Of a stretch of 64,000 nucleotides of DNA, positions 24,164 through 37,425 are shown in pieces. The notes beneath the pieces are model-generated. The model made no database searches and was not told where the DNA came from. It saw only the letters and a list, made by a program, of their open reading frames with translations. The stretch covers positions 15,872,001 through 15,936,000 of the forward strand of contig OX597818.1 of NCBI GenBank assembly GCA_951406725.2, given 5' to 3'. This DNA is from Octopus vulgaris (lineage: Eukaryota). The stretch's first letter is position 1. Every line of letters starts with the position of its first letter. The translations under genes and the position numbers were made by a program.

Positions 24164-25795
24164 TCATCGTTTAATGTCTGGCTTCCATGCTAGTATGGGC
24201 TGGACGATTTGACTGAGGACTGGTGACACAGATGGCTGCACCAGGCTCCTATCTGATCTGGCAGAGTTTTTACAGCTGGATGCCCATCCTAACACCAACC
24301 ACTCTGAGAGTGTAGTGTGTGCTTTTACATGCCACTGGCACGAGGGCTAGTTGGGCAGTACTGGCAATGGCCATGCTCAAGTGGTGTCTTTTATGTGCTA
24401 CCTGCACAGGAGCCAGTCCACCGGCACTGGCAACAACCTCACTCAAATGTTTTTCACATGCCACCGGCACAAGTGCCATTAAGGTGACACTGGTAACAAT
24501 CACATTTGAATGGTGCTTTTTACATGCCACCCGCATGGAAGCCAGTCAGCTGTTCTGGCAGCGATCACGCTCGGATGGTGCTCTTAATGCTCCACTGGTA
24601 CGGGTGCCAGTCATCGAATTTGCAAATTTGATTTGATTTCGATCTCTCTTGATTCAATAGGTCTTTGTAAGCAGAGTTTAGTGTCCAATGAAGGAAAGGT
24701 ACACATAAGTTGGATGGTTACACCCCTGGCATAGGCCACAAGTTATGGTCTCACTTGGCTTGCTGAGTCTTCTCACGCACTGCATATTTCCAAAGGTCTC
24801 AGTCACTAGTCATTGCATCGGTCATGCTTCACCACCTCATCCCAGGTCTTTCTTGGTCTACCTCTTCCACAGGTTCCCTCAACCACACATTTTTCACACA
24901 TTTATCCTCATCCATTCTCGCCACATGCCCATACCAATGCAGTCATCTCTCTTGCACACCACATCTGATACTTCTTAGGTCCAACTTTTCTCCCAAGGTA
25001 CTTACATTCTGTCGAGTATGCACAGACATTACACATCCATCGGATCATACTGGCTTCATTTCTTGTGAGCTTACGCATGTCCTCAGCAGTCACAGCCCAT
25101 GTTTCACTGCCATATAGCATGGCTGTTCATACACATGCATCATACAGTCTACCTATTACTCTGAGCGAGAGGCCCTTTGTCACTAGCAGAGGTAAGAGCT
25201 CTCTGAACTTTGCCAAGGCTATTCTTATTTAAGCAGCTACATTTTCAGTGTACACTCCTCGGCTATTGACTTGGTCACTTAGGTAATGGAAGCTATCAAC
25301 TACTAATAGTTTTTCTCCCTGGAATGTGGCAGAAGTTGTTCTCTGCACATTTTCAGTGTTTATTCCTCCTGAGCATCTGCCACATACAAAAACTATCTTC
25401 CCAGTTAGCCCTCCTTTGATATTGCTGCACCTGTTAAGTGTCCATAGCTTACACTGGATACATCTTATATATAGAGTTTCTACCTACGCCTTTTCTACAG
25501 ATCGAGCAGGGCCATCTACCTGAAGGAATTTGTGGTTTGTCTGCCTTCCTACTTATTAAGACTTTGGTTTTAGCTAGGTTGACTCTCAGGCCCTTCGATT
25601 CTAATCCTTGTTTCCACACCTGAAACTTCTCCTCTAGTTCTGATAGTGACTCGCAATTAGAGCAAGGTTGTCAGCATAGAGGAACTCCCAGGGGCATCCT
25701 GTCTTGAATTCCTCTGTTATTGCCTGGAGGACTATGATAAATAGGAGGAAGCTGAGGACTGAACCTTGGTGGACCCCTACCTCTACCTGGAATTC
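24160..25795 (-). mobile_element. RTE LINE 3' half (RT core to tail)
   Basis: EVGVHQGSVLS..WEFLYADNL..RWPCSIC..MLYGSETW; colinear with 43350-44995. Confidence 0.92.
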
Positions 25796-26342
25796 GATGT
25801 GCTGCCTCCAAGAAGTAAGGTGGTGAGGAGGTTCCTCACAGGCAAAGAACACAGGTACAAGATTTTCTGGGCAGGGAACAGTGATGGGGTCAGGGGCATG
25901 GGTATACTTCTTGCGGAGAAATGGGTGGATATGGTAATCGAGGTAGTCAGAGTATGCAACAGAATGCTTAAGATTAGATTAGTGCTTCATCATGGGTTAG
26001 CAACCATTATCTCAGCCTATGCCCCTCAGCCAGTGCTACTCAATGGACAGAAAGACCGATTTTATGACACCCACTTGCAGACTACCTCATTGATGAATGA
26101 CAGGGACCTTCTCTTTGTGGCTGGTGCCTTCAATAGACATTTTGGACAACATACAGGGGGCTTCCATGGTGTATATGGAGGCTACGGTTTTGGTTCCCGT
26201 AATGAGGAGGGAACCGGGCTGCTGGGGTTCTGTGATGCAAATGATCTTATGGTTTGCAATACTAGCAATACTAGTCACCTACCATTCTGGCAGACACACT
26301 AGCCAAATTGACGACATCTTCACCAGAAAAAGGGAAAGATGG
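25796..26342 (+). mobile_element. RTE apurinic-like endonuclease fragment, inverted relative to the adjacent RT
   Basis: CCLQEVRW..GMGILL..TIISAYAPQ..VAGAFNRH..GFGSRNEEG..SQIDDI. Confidence 0.9.
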
Positions 26343-26620
26343 AAGTTTATAGCAAGTATGTTGCGAGTGAAAGAATCGAGAATGTGAAAAAGGAGAAAGC
26401 AAAGTCTTCAGTGTATGTGGTTTGTGGGGTCAACCGCATCCTGCGCTTCCTTTTTTGTTATTCACTCATTCTCATTTAATTGTATATATTTTAATTGTTT
26501 GTTTATTCATACGTTTCATCTCATTTGATACCCGGACCCCAACGTTTGTTTATCCCCTCTTTTTCTCAACCTTATGGTGAATAAAGAAACACTCTCTCTC
26601 TCACTCTCACTCTCTCTCTC
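26333..26620 (+). mobile_element. Probable LINE (Tx1/L1-like) 3' end running into (CT)n
   Basis: Short frame RWKFIASMLRVKESRM*, T-rich UTR, AATAAAGAAA then (CT)n. Clade assignment is inference. Confidence 0.4.
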
Positions 26621-26639
26621 ATTTTTTTTGTTTTTTTTG

Positions 26640-27015
26640 TTAGATGCAGAATTTAAATGTCTCAGTTAAAGTATTGTTATCGAATACGTATGTTAATACG
26701 CTTGTTATTGTTAAAGCACAGATTAGCTCTAATAGATCAAATGTGTTCCAGCCATGACCATCCACTCATTTTGTATATCTAGGACTATTCCTTACCTTTT
26801 TTTAGCAATACATACAACTTGCAAGAGGTTTTGCTGCCACTTTTAGTAGGTCAAGCCCAAGAGCACATTAAAAACAGTTTGTGATTTTTGAAGATCAACT
26901 CAACACATTTGGCAAATAAATTATGATGGAACCAGCTGTTCATGCTACTGATATGTTTATCTGAGAAGAATCAGATAACAATACCTTAACTGAGACATTT
27001 AAATTCTGCATCTAA
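26640..27015. repeat. 42-bp inverted repeat pair (one mismatch) around about 290 bp
   Basis: 26640-26681 versus 26974-27015. Confidence 0.85.
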
Positions 27016-27569
27016 GATTATATAAGGTAATAAAATAACCCTCAAGGAAACGTGAGTATGCTATACTATTACAGATAAGAAAGCAATTTACTTCCTAATC
27101 TAGAAATATCGTATGACAGTATCAGTTTGACTGTTCAGCTCTCCAATTTGTTTTGTTAGCTGACTATTAAATATATCTAGGGAATTAATCTCTCTCTCTC
27201 TCATTTTTTTTTTTTTTGTTTTTTGGAGACTAGTAGAATAAGTACTAGGCTTAAAAAGTATTAATGCTCCAGAATGATTGCAGTCAAATAACTGAAACAA
27301 GTAAAAACAAATTTGGCTTGGGTCAATTTTTGTCTTTCATCTTTCTAGGCATGGTTGTGTAGTTAAGAATCTAGCTTTGCAATTGTATGGTTCCAGTCTC
27401 AATCCTACGACATGGCTTCTACTCATAGCCTTGAGATTATCAAAACCCTTGTGGTAGGGAATTTCATTTATAGGGATTGTGCAGAAGCTTGCTGTATGTA
27501 TAACTAATAACAATTACTGGACTTCATGAGTTAGTAATACAAAATATTTAATAAAAAACAGTACTCAGA

Positions 27570-27778
27570 TAACCATTTTAATACCCGAGATTGTAACTGG
27601 TTCTTGGAGACAATTTCCCTGTTTTAAAGCAATCTAAATTAAAGCTTTCCAACAAAATTTCAACTTAATTTATGTTCCAAGCACCAAAGTTATTGTAAAT
27701 AAATTCTTCATTAGTTTTAAAATCATTTGAAACAAAGGTAGTCTGTTTCAACAGAGATATGGTTACAAAGGAGGTCAA
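27570..27778. mobile_element. Degenerate piggyBac-type MITE
   Basis: TAACCATTT start; body resembles the reverse complement of 60095-60315. Confidence 0.5.
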
Positions 27779-27947
27779 GTTAACTATTTCTTTCATGAAA
27801 ATGTGTAGCCTTATACCAATGCTAGAAACAATTATGAACTAAAGTATAGGAGTATTTTAGGTTAGAAGAACATTTAACAGGTTGTTTCACATATATAACA
27901 AAGTTAGTTGTAAATAAGTATTTTTTTCTTTATTTTCATATATACGT

Positions 27948-28345
27948 AGGTGCAGGCACAGCTGTGTGGTAAGAACTTGCTTACCAACCATTTGGTTCTG
28001 GGTTCAGTCCTGCTGTGTAGTGCCTTGGCAAGTGTTTTTTACTATAGCCTCGGACTGACCAAAGCTTTGTGAGTGGATTTGTTAGACAGAAACTGAAAGA
28101 AGCCCATTGAATATACATGTGTGTGTGTATCTATGTGTGTGTCTTTGTGTCTGTATATGTACCCCCCCTTACCGCTTGACAACCGGTGTTGGTGTATTTA
28201 CATCCCTGTAACTTAGCAGTTTAGCAAAGAGACCAAGAAAATAAGTACTAGGCTTAAAAATAAGTCAAGAGGCTGAATTGTTCAACAAAAACACTTCAGG
28301 CAGTGCTCCAAAATGACTGCAGTCAAATGACCGAAACAAGTAAAA
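27948..28345 (+). mobile_element. Abundant tRNA-derived SINE, full length
   Basis: Family head, body and tail present. Confidence 0.85.
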
Positions 28346-28715
28346 TAAAAATACTAACAGGAAAAAAAAGATTTCTATGAATTTCATGAGTAAAACTGTG
28401 CAAGAGTATGAGGTTTGAGAATTTGAAATATTGCAAAGTCCTGCAAGAATTGCTGTTGATTGTTCAGTAAACAATGGCTTTTATTGGAAAATTGAGACTC
28501 CACTGAGTTGGACCAGCAAGCTTATAAAAGTAAACAATTAGATTGGCTGAAAATAGCCGATAAAATCACAGTCATGTTACTTTATCAGTTTTTCTATTGG
28601 AAACAGTTATACTGACAAAAGGACACTCTGACATGTGTCAAAAGACTGATAATAGCTGTCTGCCTCAGCCAGTCATGAATCTGTATGCATGTGAGTGTGT
28701 ATCTGCATGTGCAAG

Positions 28716-28717
<2 letters not shown>

Positions 28718-28803
<86 letters not shown>
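28718..28803. repeat. (TG)n microsatellite
   Basis: Direct; similar tracts at 9525-9590 and 35481-35576. Confidence 0.95.
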
Positions 28804-28807
<4 letters not shown>

Positions 28808-30361
28808 GAAAGAGACAAATGGAAAGCAGAATAAGTGTTTGTTAAGGATGTAAAATAATATAGTCAATGAGGAAGAAACCATAAGAGATGTACAACAAAA
28901 ATATTACTCTATATTTTGTGTTCACAAATTCAAATAGAAATGTTTACATAGAAGATTTCAATAATACAAACACGTGTTAATCAATACACATGACCTGTAA
29001 GTTAACAGATAATGTACTGAAAGTTGTATGCAAAAAAATTTTTAATGGCCTGAAATTTAACCTCTTAGTTGGAGAAAGGAAACAAAAACATAACAGAAAT
29101 TATTAGAGACTCACAAATGAAAGGGTAAAGTAATTAATCTTTCAAAGTTCATTCACACTTTTAGGGTAAAGTTTTACCTTTGTTTGCAAGCAGAGTATAC
29201 AGGATCTTTAGCTTGTTTTAGGCCTTTCCAACTATGTAAGTCTTACACTTGATATTATTTAAAAAGGATAAAAAGAAGGAAGAGAAGAAAAGAAAAATGC
29301 ATGCAATCTGAAGAATAACTATTATGAATTTGAAAAAAATGTTATCTTTTAATGATTGGTGTTAACACACCACCACTATCATTGAGGCCTGTTCCATGCA
29401 TGCATGGGTAGAATGGTTCACATGAGCTGGCCAGGTAGAAAAACTACCCTATGCTATTGTGTCTGTTTGGGCAGGGTTTTATTATGGCTGGATGCTCCTC
29501 CCTCCTAACACCAACCACTCTGCAGAGTGGACTCAGAGCTGTTTATGTGGCACTAGCACAGATAAGGTTAGTTTTGGCATGATTGTTACAGCTGGATGCC
29601 CTTCCAAATGCAACCACTTTACAGTGTGGACTGGGTACTTTTTACATGGCACCAGCACTGACAGGGTCACCAAGTAACTCGCAAGACAAGGAATTATGTG
29701 AGGGGCTTTTGAGGAGGGGAACTTGTGCCAGATGATGAAAGGTGTGACAAAGAGACAGAGAGGTAAAAACAGGTATCTTGCTATAATGGATGGGGCATTG
29801 GAGGAGATGAGTAACAGGTAATTATAGAGTGTGACAGAGAAATAGGGAGGCAGAAATAGGTGTCTTGCTATAGTGAAGATACATGCTTACCTTGTGAGAA
29901 AGAGAGAAAGCAACAAAGAATGAGGGCAAAAGTAGGTGTGCTGCTGTAGAGGAGATACCTGGTTAACCCAACCAGAGGGAAGAGCAAAGGAAAGAGAGAT
30001 AGAGAGTAGGAAACTACAAAAGTGTAAGAGAGAGCAGGAGAGAGATGGTGAAATGCTAGGAAATACTCATAAATAACAAGGATCAAAGCAGAGATGTGAT
30101 GGTAGAGTAAAGAAAAGAGAGGTATGACGGTTGTAATATATGTGGTCAGGTGTTGCCAAGAAGGTGCAAGTAGGGAATGGGGATTGCAGTGACTGGCGAA
30201 AAATTGGGTAGAGGGCAGGAAAGGGGATTGGAAGACAATTACAGTTTATGAAGAGGAAATGTGAGAAAGATGCTGTTTAGAAGAGGAAATGTAGTTCATT
30301 TTCTCGGGGTAGAGTGTGTGAAAAGTTTCCATGGCTAGATGCATATATAAAAAAGGATAAA

Positions 30362-30600
30362 GCATCCTTCTCAAGCCCTATGGACTCATAAGGGCCAGTT
30401 TCCTAGTTTCTATGGTGTATATATATTTACTCACTGAACAGGACACTGATCTGCGGCAAGATTACTCATTTATACCAACCAAGTGGACTGGAGCAACGTG
30501 AAATGAAGTGTTTTGCTCAAGAACACAATGCATTGCCTACTCCAGGAATTGAAACCATAAACTTATGATCATGAGTCCAACACCCTAACCACTTGGCTAC
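30362..30600 (-). mobile_element. tRNA-headed SINE with CORE-like middle and the tail of 6723-7037
   Basis: Minus: GTAGCCAAGTGGTTAGGG..GGTTTCAATTCC..TGTGTTCTTGAGCAAAACACTT..GAAACTAGGAAACTGGCCCTTATGAGTC. Confidence 0.7.
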
Positions 30601-30643
30601 ATATATACATGTATGTATCTGTGTCTATAATTGTGTGTGTGTG

Positions 30644-30683
<40 letters not shown>

Positions 30684-31539
30684 TGTGTGTGTGTGTGTGT
30701 ATGTGTGTACGATGGTTGACATCATGTAATAGCTGTAAATGAACATGACCATCATACTAGCAGTGTCATGCATGGTATCTGAAAGAAGATAGTCACAGCT
30801 GAAACATTTTTGATTACAGATCCACTTAGTCAATGCTTGCCTGTCTGTGAACAGCAATCTCTTATCATACCCTACACTCTTTAACAAAAAAAAAAAAAGA
30901 ATGTAAGAACCCACTGGAAAATATAATCCTAAATACATTATATCTGGAAGAAATTATAAAAAAGTTGAAGGTTACCAAGGCTAGAACAGTTTTGATCATG
31001 AATCTTCTAGATCAGTCATGACCTGGGAGTCAAACATTGAGTCATGTTTAGCAGGATCATGTTAAGAGTAATAATCTAATGTCTAACCTCTGATTTTAAC
31101 AGTTATGAGTAAAACTCACTCAACCATTCATTCTATATATCTCAAAGTTATTAATAATAACTGCTTTGTTAGAAAACCAAATTTCACTGTTTGACCTGCA
31201 AAAGTATGTCATTTTTACATAAAAAGCATTTGTTAAAAACGGCTCAATTTGTAAAAATGAAGACACTGCTCTTTTCTGCAGCACACCATCTGCTATGACT
31301 TCCACCAAAGATAACTACCATCAATGCAGGATGTTTTTGTAATATCTCTTCACATTCTCCTTTCATTAACACTTATCTGAAATACAAAATTCATTGGTGC
31401 CAGCATGACTGTGTAACAAGAAGTTTGCTTCTCAAGAACACAGTTTCGGGTTGTATCCCACTACATAGTGTCTTCTATAGCCCCAAGTTGACCAAAGCCT
31501 TGTAAGTGGATTTGGTAGATAGAAACTGAAAGAAGCTGT

Positions 31540-31743
31540 AAGGTGGCAAGCTGGCAGAAAAGTTAGTATGCCAGGCGAAATGCTTAGCAGTATTTTGTCT
31601 GCCATTACTTTCTGAGTTCATCCTTTTGGGGTTGATAAATAAAGTACCAGTTACACACTGGGGTCGATGTAATCGACTTAATCCCTTTGTCTGTCCTTGT
31701 TTGTCCTCTCTATGTTTAGCCCCTTGTGAGCAATAAAGAAATA
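31540..31743 (+). mobile_element. Nin-type SINE inserted into a copy of the abundant SINE (about 31397-31762)
   Basis: 19-bp TSD AGAAACTGAAAGAAGCTGT at 31521-31539 and 31744-31762. Confidence 0.88.
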
Positions 31744-32854
31744 AGAAACTGAAAGAAGCTGTGTGTGTGGGTGTATGTGTATGTGTGTATGTGTGTGTTT
31801 GAGTCTTTGCATGTGTGTGTGTGTCTTTATGTGTGTGTGTGCATGCATGTGTTACTGTGTCTTTGCCTTCACATCATGTGATAGTTGTAAATGAGTGTCA
31901 CTATCATGTAAGCAATGTCATTCATATCCAGTATTTTGTGAAAACATCTAGTCATGGGTGAACATTACTTTACTTGGAAACAGGTGAGGCTGGTGACTGG
32001 AAGGACATCCAAACATAAAAAATCTGCCTTGACACATTCCATCTGACCCGTGGAAGCATGGAAAAGTGGGCATTAAAATGATGATGATGATAGTCCAGTT
32101 TCCAAACACATGTATACCTTTTTTTCCTTTCATTCAAATTATTGTTTTTCTAAAACTGCTGAAAGTTAGCCATGTATCTGCCCATGCACGTGCAAATATG
32201 GTCAGCATTGTTTTGAGGAAGACTGGGATGTAACACATGTATGCAGGCCTTTCCTCTCAAAGCCACTGATGTTCATTCAAGAGAAAGGTCATGACTTGGG
32301 TTGATATATAATTTGGCACCGGTGTCTTCACAGATGTTGATGTTGAAACACAGGGTTGAAACAGACACTAGTAGGGATCTTGCCTGACCTTCCAGTATTC
32401 TGCTAATCTACTTTACTGGATTGGTACTTTTTTTTTATTGACCTAGAAAGGAAAAAAAAGCAGATTTAGCCTCAGAGTGCTGAGAACCACAAGAAATTAT
32501 GTAACGTATACTATCTAATACTCTAACAAGTCTACTAAATTGCAACTTTTGTGTTACAATCACTGAAAAGAAAGAAAAATGTTAAAATCAGGAAATAATT
32601 ATATTGGACTCACTTTAGTTATGGTTGACCTTAGGGTTCTACATCTTGAAAGTTCCCCTTCCAAGCACAAAGATGACCGCTTAATAAGAAGTTTGCTTCC
32701 CAACCACAAGGTTCTGGATTCAGTCCCATTGCATGGTACTTTGGGCAAGTGTCTTCTGCTATAGCTCCACGTTGACCAAAACGTTGTGAGTGGATCTAGT
32801 AAATGAAAGCTGAAAGAAACCTGACACACAAACACACACACACACATATATATA

Positions 32855-33742
32855 TGTGGTCTGATCAATAAATATCCAGACTGCTGCCATAATAACAAAG
32901 CTAAAGCATGCAGAGTTAAGCTGCTCAGCACAGATTGACCTTAAACTCTGTTGTGCATGCACATTAATTTTTAAAGTTCTAGCTCACTTCTGCTGCTTAC
33001 AGCAGTGTTTGGAAGGAAGGTGTGTAGCATGTGATTGCCACATTGACCATGACAATGAAAGTTGTATAGAGAATCAGTATTAAATTTTGCCAAAAGCTTA
33101 GCAATACCTGCTCAGAGGCCTACACAAAATTTTCGGAAGGTTTTTTATCATTCTTGACACAATCAAAGAGACCTTATGTAACTAAAACCTGGGTGTCTTT
33201 TTGGTCAGTTGAAAGCAGTTTTGGCTCAAACTTGGCAGACATGCATTTCATACCTAAATTTTCAGTGATAATGGACTGAGCTGAACTGTAACTAATCTGC
33301 ACATCCTCTAATAATTCACGGATGTTGATTCAATGATTTCCCCTCACCTCTGCATGTGATGTTTTTCTTAGTTCTGCTGGCTGCAGGTCTCCCAGAATGT
33401 TCATCAATATCGATATTGTTCCAGTGATCTTGGAAACATCTGAATTACTCATACCCTTGTATGTGGCTCATACACTCCTCTCCATACACTTTCTGCAACT
33501 TTGCATAGGCCTCGGGGCAGATATCACCCGGACAACTTTCTCTGTCATGGTCAATGTGACGATCAAATGCTACACCTCTTCCTTCCAAGCACTGCTGTAA
33601 ACAGCAGAAGTGAGCTAGAATGTTAAAACTTAGTGCACATGCAGAGCAGAGTTCAAGGTCAGTCTGTGCCAAGTGGCTTCACTCTGCATGCTTTAGCTTT
33701 GTGACTATAGCAACAGTTTGAATATTTACTGATCAGACCTTG
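32855..33742. mobile_element. Mariner foldback element with both arms from the 5' end
   Basis: 32855-33130 is inverted at about 33500-33742; the minus arm continues into transposase EAYAKLQKVYGEECMS..SGRP..GMKCMSAKF. Confidence 0.85.
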
Positions 33743-34557
33743 TGTATATATATATACATATATATATATATATCATCATCACCATCATTATCAACATCAT
33801 CTTCATTTAATGTCTGCTATCCATGCATAGATTGAACAGTTTGATCAGGGCTGGTAAGCTGGGGGGGGGCTGCACCAGACTACAGTCTTATTTGGCATGG
33901 TTTCTATGGCTGGATGCACTTCCTAATACCAACCACTTCGAGAGCATTATATATATATATATATATATATGCATGTGCCTTTGTGTTTGTTCCCCACCAT
34001 CACTTGACAACTGGTATTGGTTTGTTTACATTCCTGTAATTTACTAGTTTGGGAAAAGGGGCTGATAGAGTAAGTACCAGGCTTTTTAGAAAATAAGTAT
34101 TAGGGTTGATTCATTCAACTAAAACCTTTTCAAGACTGTACCTTAGTGTCCCAGCATGGCTGCAGTCCAGTGACTGACACAAGAAAAAGATAAACTATAA
34201 AAAGTAAGTCATAGTCCTCAGCAAGGTTTGTTTTTTTTCTTTTCTTTTTTTGTTGTGGTCTAGCAGTTGGCCATACATACAAGTCTTTCTTACCCACACC
34301 ACTGTTGATATCTAAGACAAAGGTAACACAGATATAATTTGGCACCCGTGTCATCACAAGTGTTGTTGTCAGAACACAAAGAGCTGAAATAAACACCACA
34401 AAGCCTGCTAGTTGATGTTCCAACTGTTCTGCCAATCTCTGGATTGTTACTTTTTTATTGACCATGAAAATACGAAATGAAAATACGAATCTGTGGGATT
34501 CGAACTCGAAGCACAGAAAATCAGAAGAAATATTGTGAGATTTATCAGCATGTAAAG

Positions 34558-34841
34558 CAGGGGTTCTCAACCATTTTTTTATCCATAGCTCCTTTGATTA
34601 TTCATTGTTTAAAAACTGGTTTTATAGGAACTTCTTTCTAAATTCCTATTTTATTTTCCACACATTAACTTGTGTAGGTTGAACTATCTAAAATATTAGA
34701 GAAAGAAACCTGGCTGTTTCTTGCAATACACACCACTACATACATCAAAAGCAAACTTTTTTCAGGGACCCTTATTACTATTTACTATTTTGTTGTGTGG
34801 ATCCCCGAAAATATTTCATGGACCCTGGCTGAGAACCACCG
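34558..34841. mobile_element. hAT-superfamily MITE
   Basis: 8-bp TSD ATGTAAAG at 34550-34557 and 34842-34849; TIR CAGGGGTTCTCAACC / GGCTGAGAACCACCG. Confidence 0.88.
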
Positions 34842-35213
34842 ATGTAAAGGAACTAAATGTAAGTTAATCTATGTTTTCCAGTATCTAGAAACACTATACC
34901 TTCATATATTAACCAAACAGCATAGACAGGTGTAACAAGATGTCTGTGCATAAGATATGGCAGTCTAGTGAAAGAGTTTGCTTTACTACCGCATGGTTTG
35001 ATCTCATGGCAAAGCACTATGGACAAGGGTCCTGTACCATAGTGTTAGGTTGACTAATATTGCATGAGTGGAATTTGGTAGATGGAACCTGTGCAGAGCT
35101 TCCTGTAATGTGTGTAGATACATACATACATTATACATACATACATACATACATACATACATACATACATACATACATACATACATACATACATACATGT
35201 TTGTCCACAACTG

Positions 35214-35263
<50 letters not shown>

Positions 35264-35267
35264 CATA

Positions 35268-35478
35268 CAAGATGGTGCTGAAAAGTTCCTGGCTTTAAGG
35301 GTATGGCAGAAGGCCTGATTGAAGGCCCAACCTTCCAAGTCCTTTTACAAGGCTTAGGAAAACTGAAGGACTGCTGCAATAAGTGTTTGAATCTGAGGTG
35401 AGAATATGTTGAATAAAATCATTTACTGATCTTCCAGTATTTTCTTTTACCTAAAGCCAGGAACCTTTCAGCACTTCC

Positions 35479-35481
<3 letters not shown>
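35268..35481. mobile_element. Mariner-derived MITE
   Basis: TIR GTGCTGAAAAGTTCCTGGCTTTA / TAAAGCCAGGAACCTTTCAGCAC; internal transposase end ..NKCLNLR*EYVE*. Confidence 0.8.
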
Positions 35482-35567
<86 letters not shown>

Positions 35568-36347
35568 TGTGTGTGTATTAAACTTTCAACAGCCATTTTC
35601 CTTGCACATCATATTATGCTATTTCCACCTCACTGTTTCTATTAGTTGTAATGCATGAACATCTTTTCATACTAATGCAACACAATAAATTATGTTCAAA
35701 AGTGCTGTGAAATTATTACAGAAACTTTTCTTTTAACTTGGTGTTATAAGGGAACAACACACAGCCTAAACAACATCCAATTATCCAACCAATCTTGTTG
35801 CACTGCTTTGTCATTATAACCATGTGGTGAACTGGTGATTGATTCACGATAACCAACAGCACTAGTGTTCACCAGTTGTGATATAAAATAGAATTAAAGA
35901 AAATAAAATCATCACTACACAGTAATGATTTGTTTTACTGATGCATTTGAGGAAGAGGTAAAGAGCTCTAAGCCATGCAATCTAAAATAGTCTACCAATG
36001 ACCGAGATCACTTTCTTTTAATCTTTTATTCTTTTAATTGTTTCAGTCATTTCACTATAGCCATGCTGGAGCACTGCCTTAAAGAGTTTTAGTCGAAGAA
36101 ATTAACCTCAGGACTAATTCTTTGTAAGCCTAGTACTTATCCTATCAGACTCTTTTGCCAAACTGCCAAGTTACGGAGACCCAAACAACTGACATTGGTG
36201 GTCAAGCAATGGTAGGTATCAAACACAGACACAAAGACACACACATAAATACATATATATATATATATATATAAATAAACAAAACATATGCATATATACA
36301 TACATATATGTACGTACCTACCTCTACATGTATATATACAGGCATAT

Positions 36348-37114
36348 ATGGGTACAGGACACCAAAAAAACGTTGAACACAATGAGAAACGAAGACATAA
36401 ACACAAAACCGAGGAAATAGACATTTTTTTAAACAACGAAAAAATAGAGTACAAGACATACAAACAAGGAAAAATCCCCTTCTTCAGTCGCCTTAATTTC
36501 ATCTACTCCACGTTTCGAAGGTCAGGCGATACATGACTTCAATGAAATTTTCCTTCCCACGGAAATCAAATTAAATAAAATTTGAGATATTTTTGTGGAG
36601 GGGCAAAAATGGTAACAAAAACAGGACAGTAACGACAGTACAAAATATAAACAGGACAACGGAGAATAACAGTAACACAAACAAAGAGGGCTGTTAAGCC
36701 AAACGAGATAAAAAATTTTTTATGAACGCTATTCTTTAGGATTGGCAGAGCAACAGATTTTACCGTCCCTACTTGGAGGAAGCTGGAGAAGAAAAGATAG
36801 AAATAGGCATCTCATCATGTGACCGCGACGGGACGGAGGAGGAGGAGTAAGAGAACGGGAGAGAAAAAATGGGGATAGTGGTAGAGAAAAGAATGAAGAA
36901 TGAGAGAGAGAGGGATAGACAGTAAGGTAGAAGAAAAGGAAAGCCAAAAGAATGAAGGCTGAGAAAGGGAGGGGGAGAGAAAGGTTAAGAGTGCGCATCA
37001 GTATTAATATTAAGAACAATCTTACTTAGAAATGGATGCGTGCGTTCAGTCATTTATTTATTTATATATGACTGAACGCACGCATCCATTTCTAAGTAAG
37101 ATTGTTCTTAATAT
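36348..37114 (-). mobile_element. Penelope-like remnant ending in a perfect 47-bp-arm hairpin
   Basis: Purine-rich CpG-containing block between TA tracts; GAAACGT and CTGAAGA hammerhead-like fragments on minus; arms 37007-37053 and 37068-37114. Confidence 0.55.
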
Positions 37115-37127
37115 ATATATATATATA

Positions 37128-37425
37128 TATCATCATCATCATCATCATTTAGCGTCTGCTTTCCATGCTAGCATGGGTTGGACGGGTCAACTGGGGTCTG
37201 TGAAGCTGGAAGGCTTTGTCAGGCCCAGTCAGATCTGGCAGTGTTTCTACGGCTGGATGCCCTTCCTAACGCCAACCACTCCGCGAGTGTAGTGGGTGTT
37301 TTTTACGTGCCACCTGCACAGGTGCCAGACAGAGCTGGCGAACGGCCACGAACGGATGGTGCTTTTACATGTCACCGGCACAGGGCCAGGCGATGCTGGC
37401 AACAGACACGAACGGTTGGTGCTTT
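37128..37425 (-). mobile_element. RTE 3' tail copy
   Basis: Family tail motif. Confidence 0.85.

Noticed and set aside
29165-29235. Possible small exon ending TAT|gtaagt
   Set aside because: Ambiguous acceptor and unrecognisable peptide; expected by chance.
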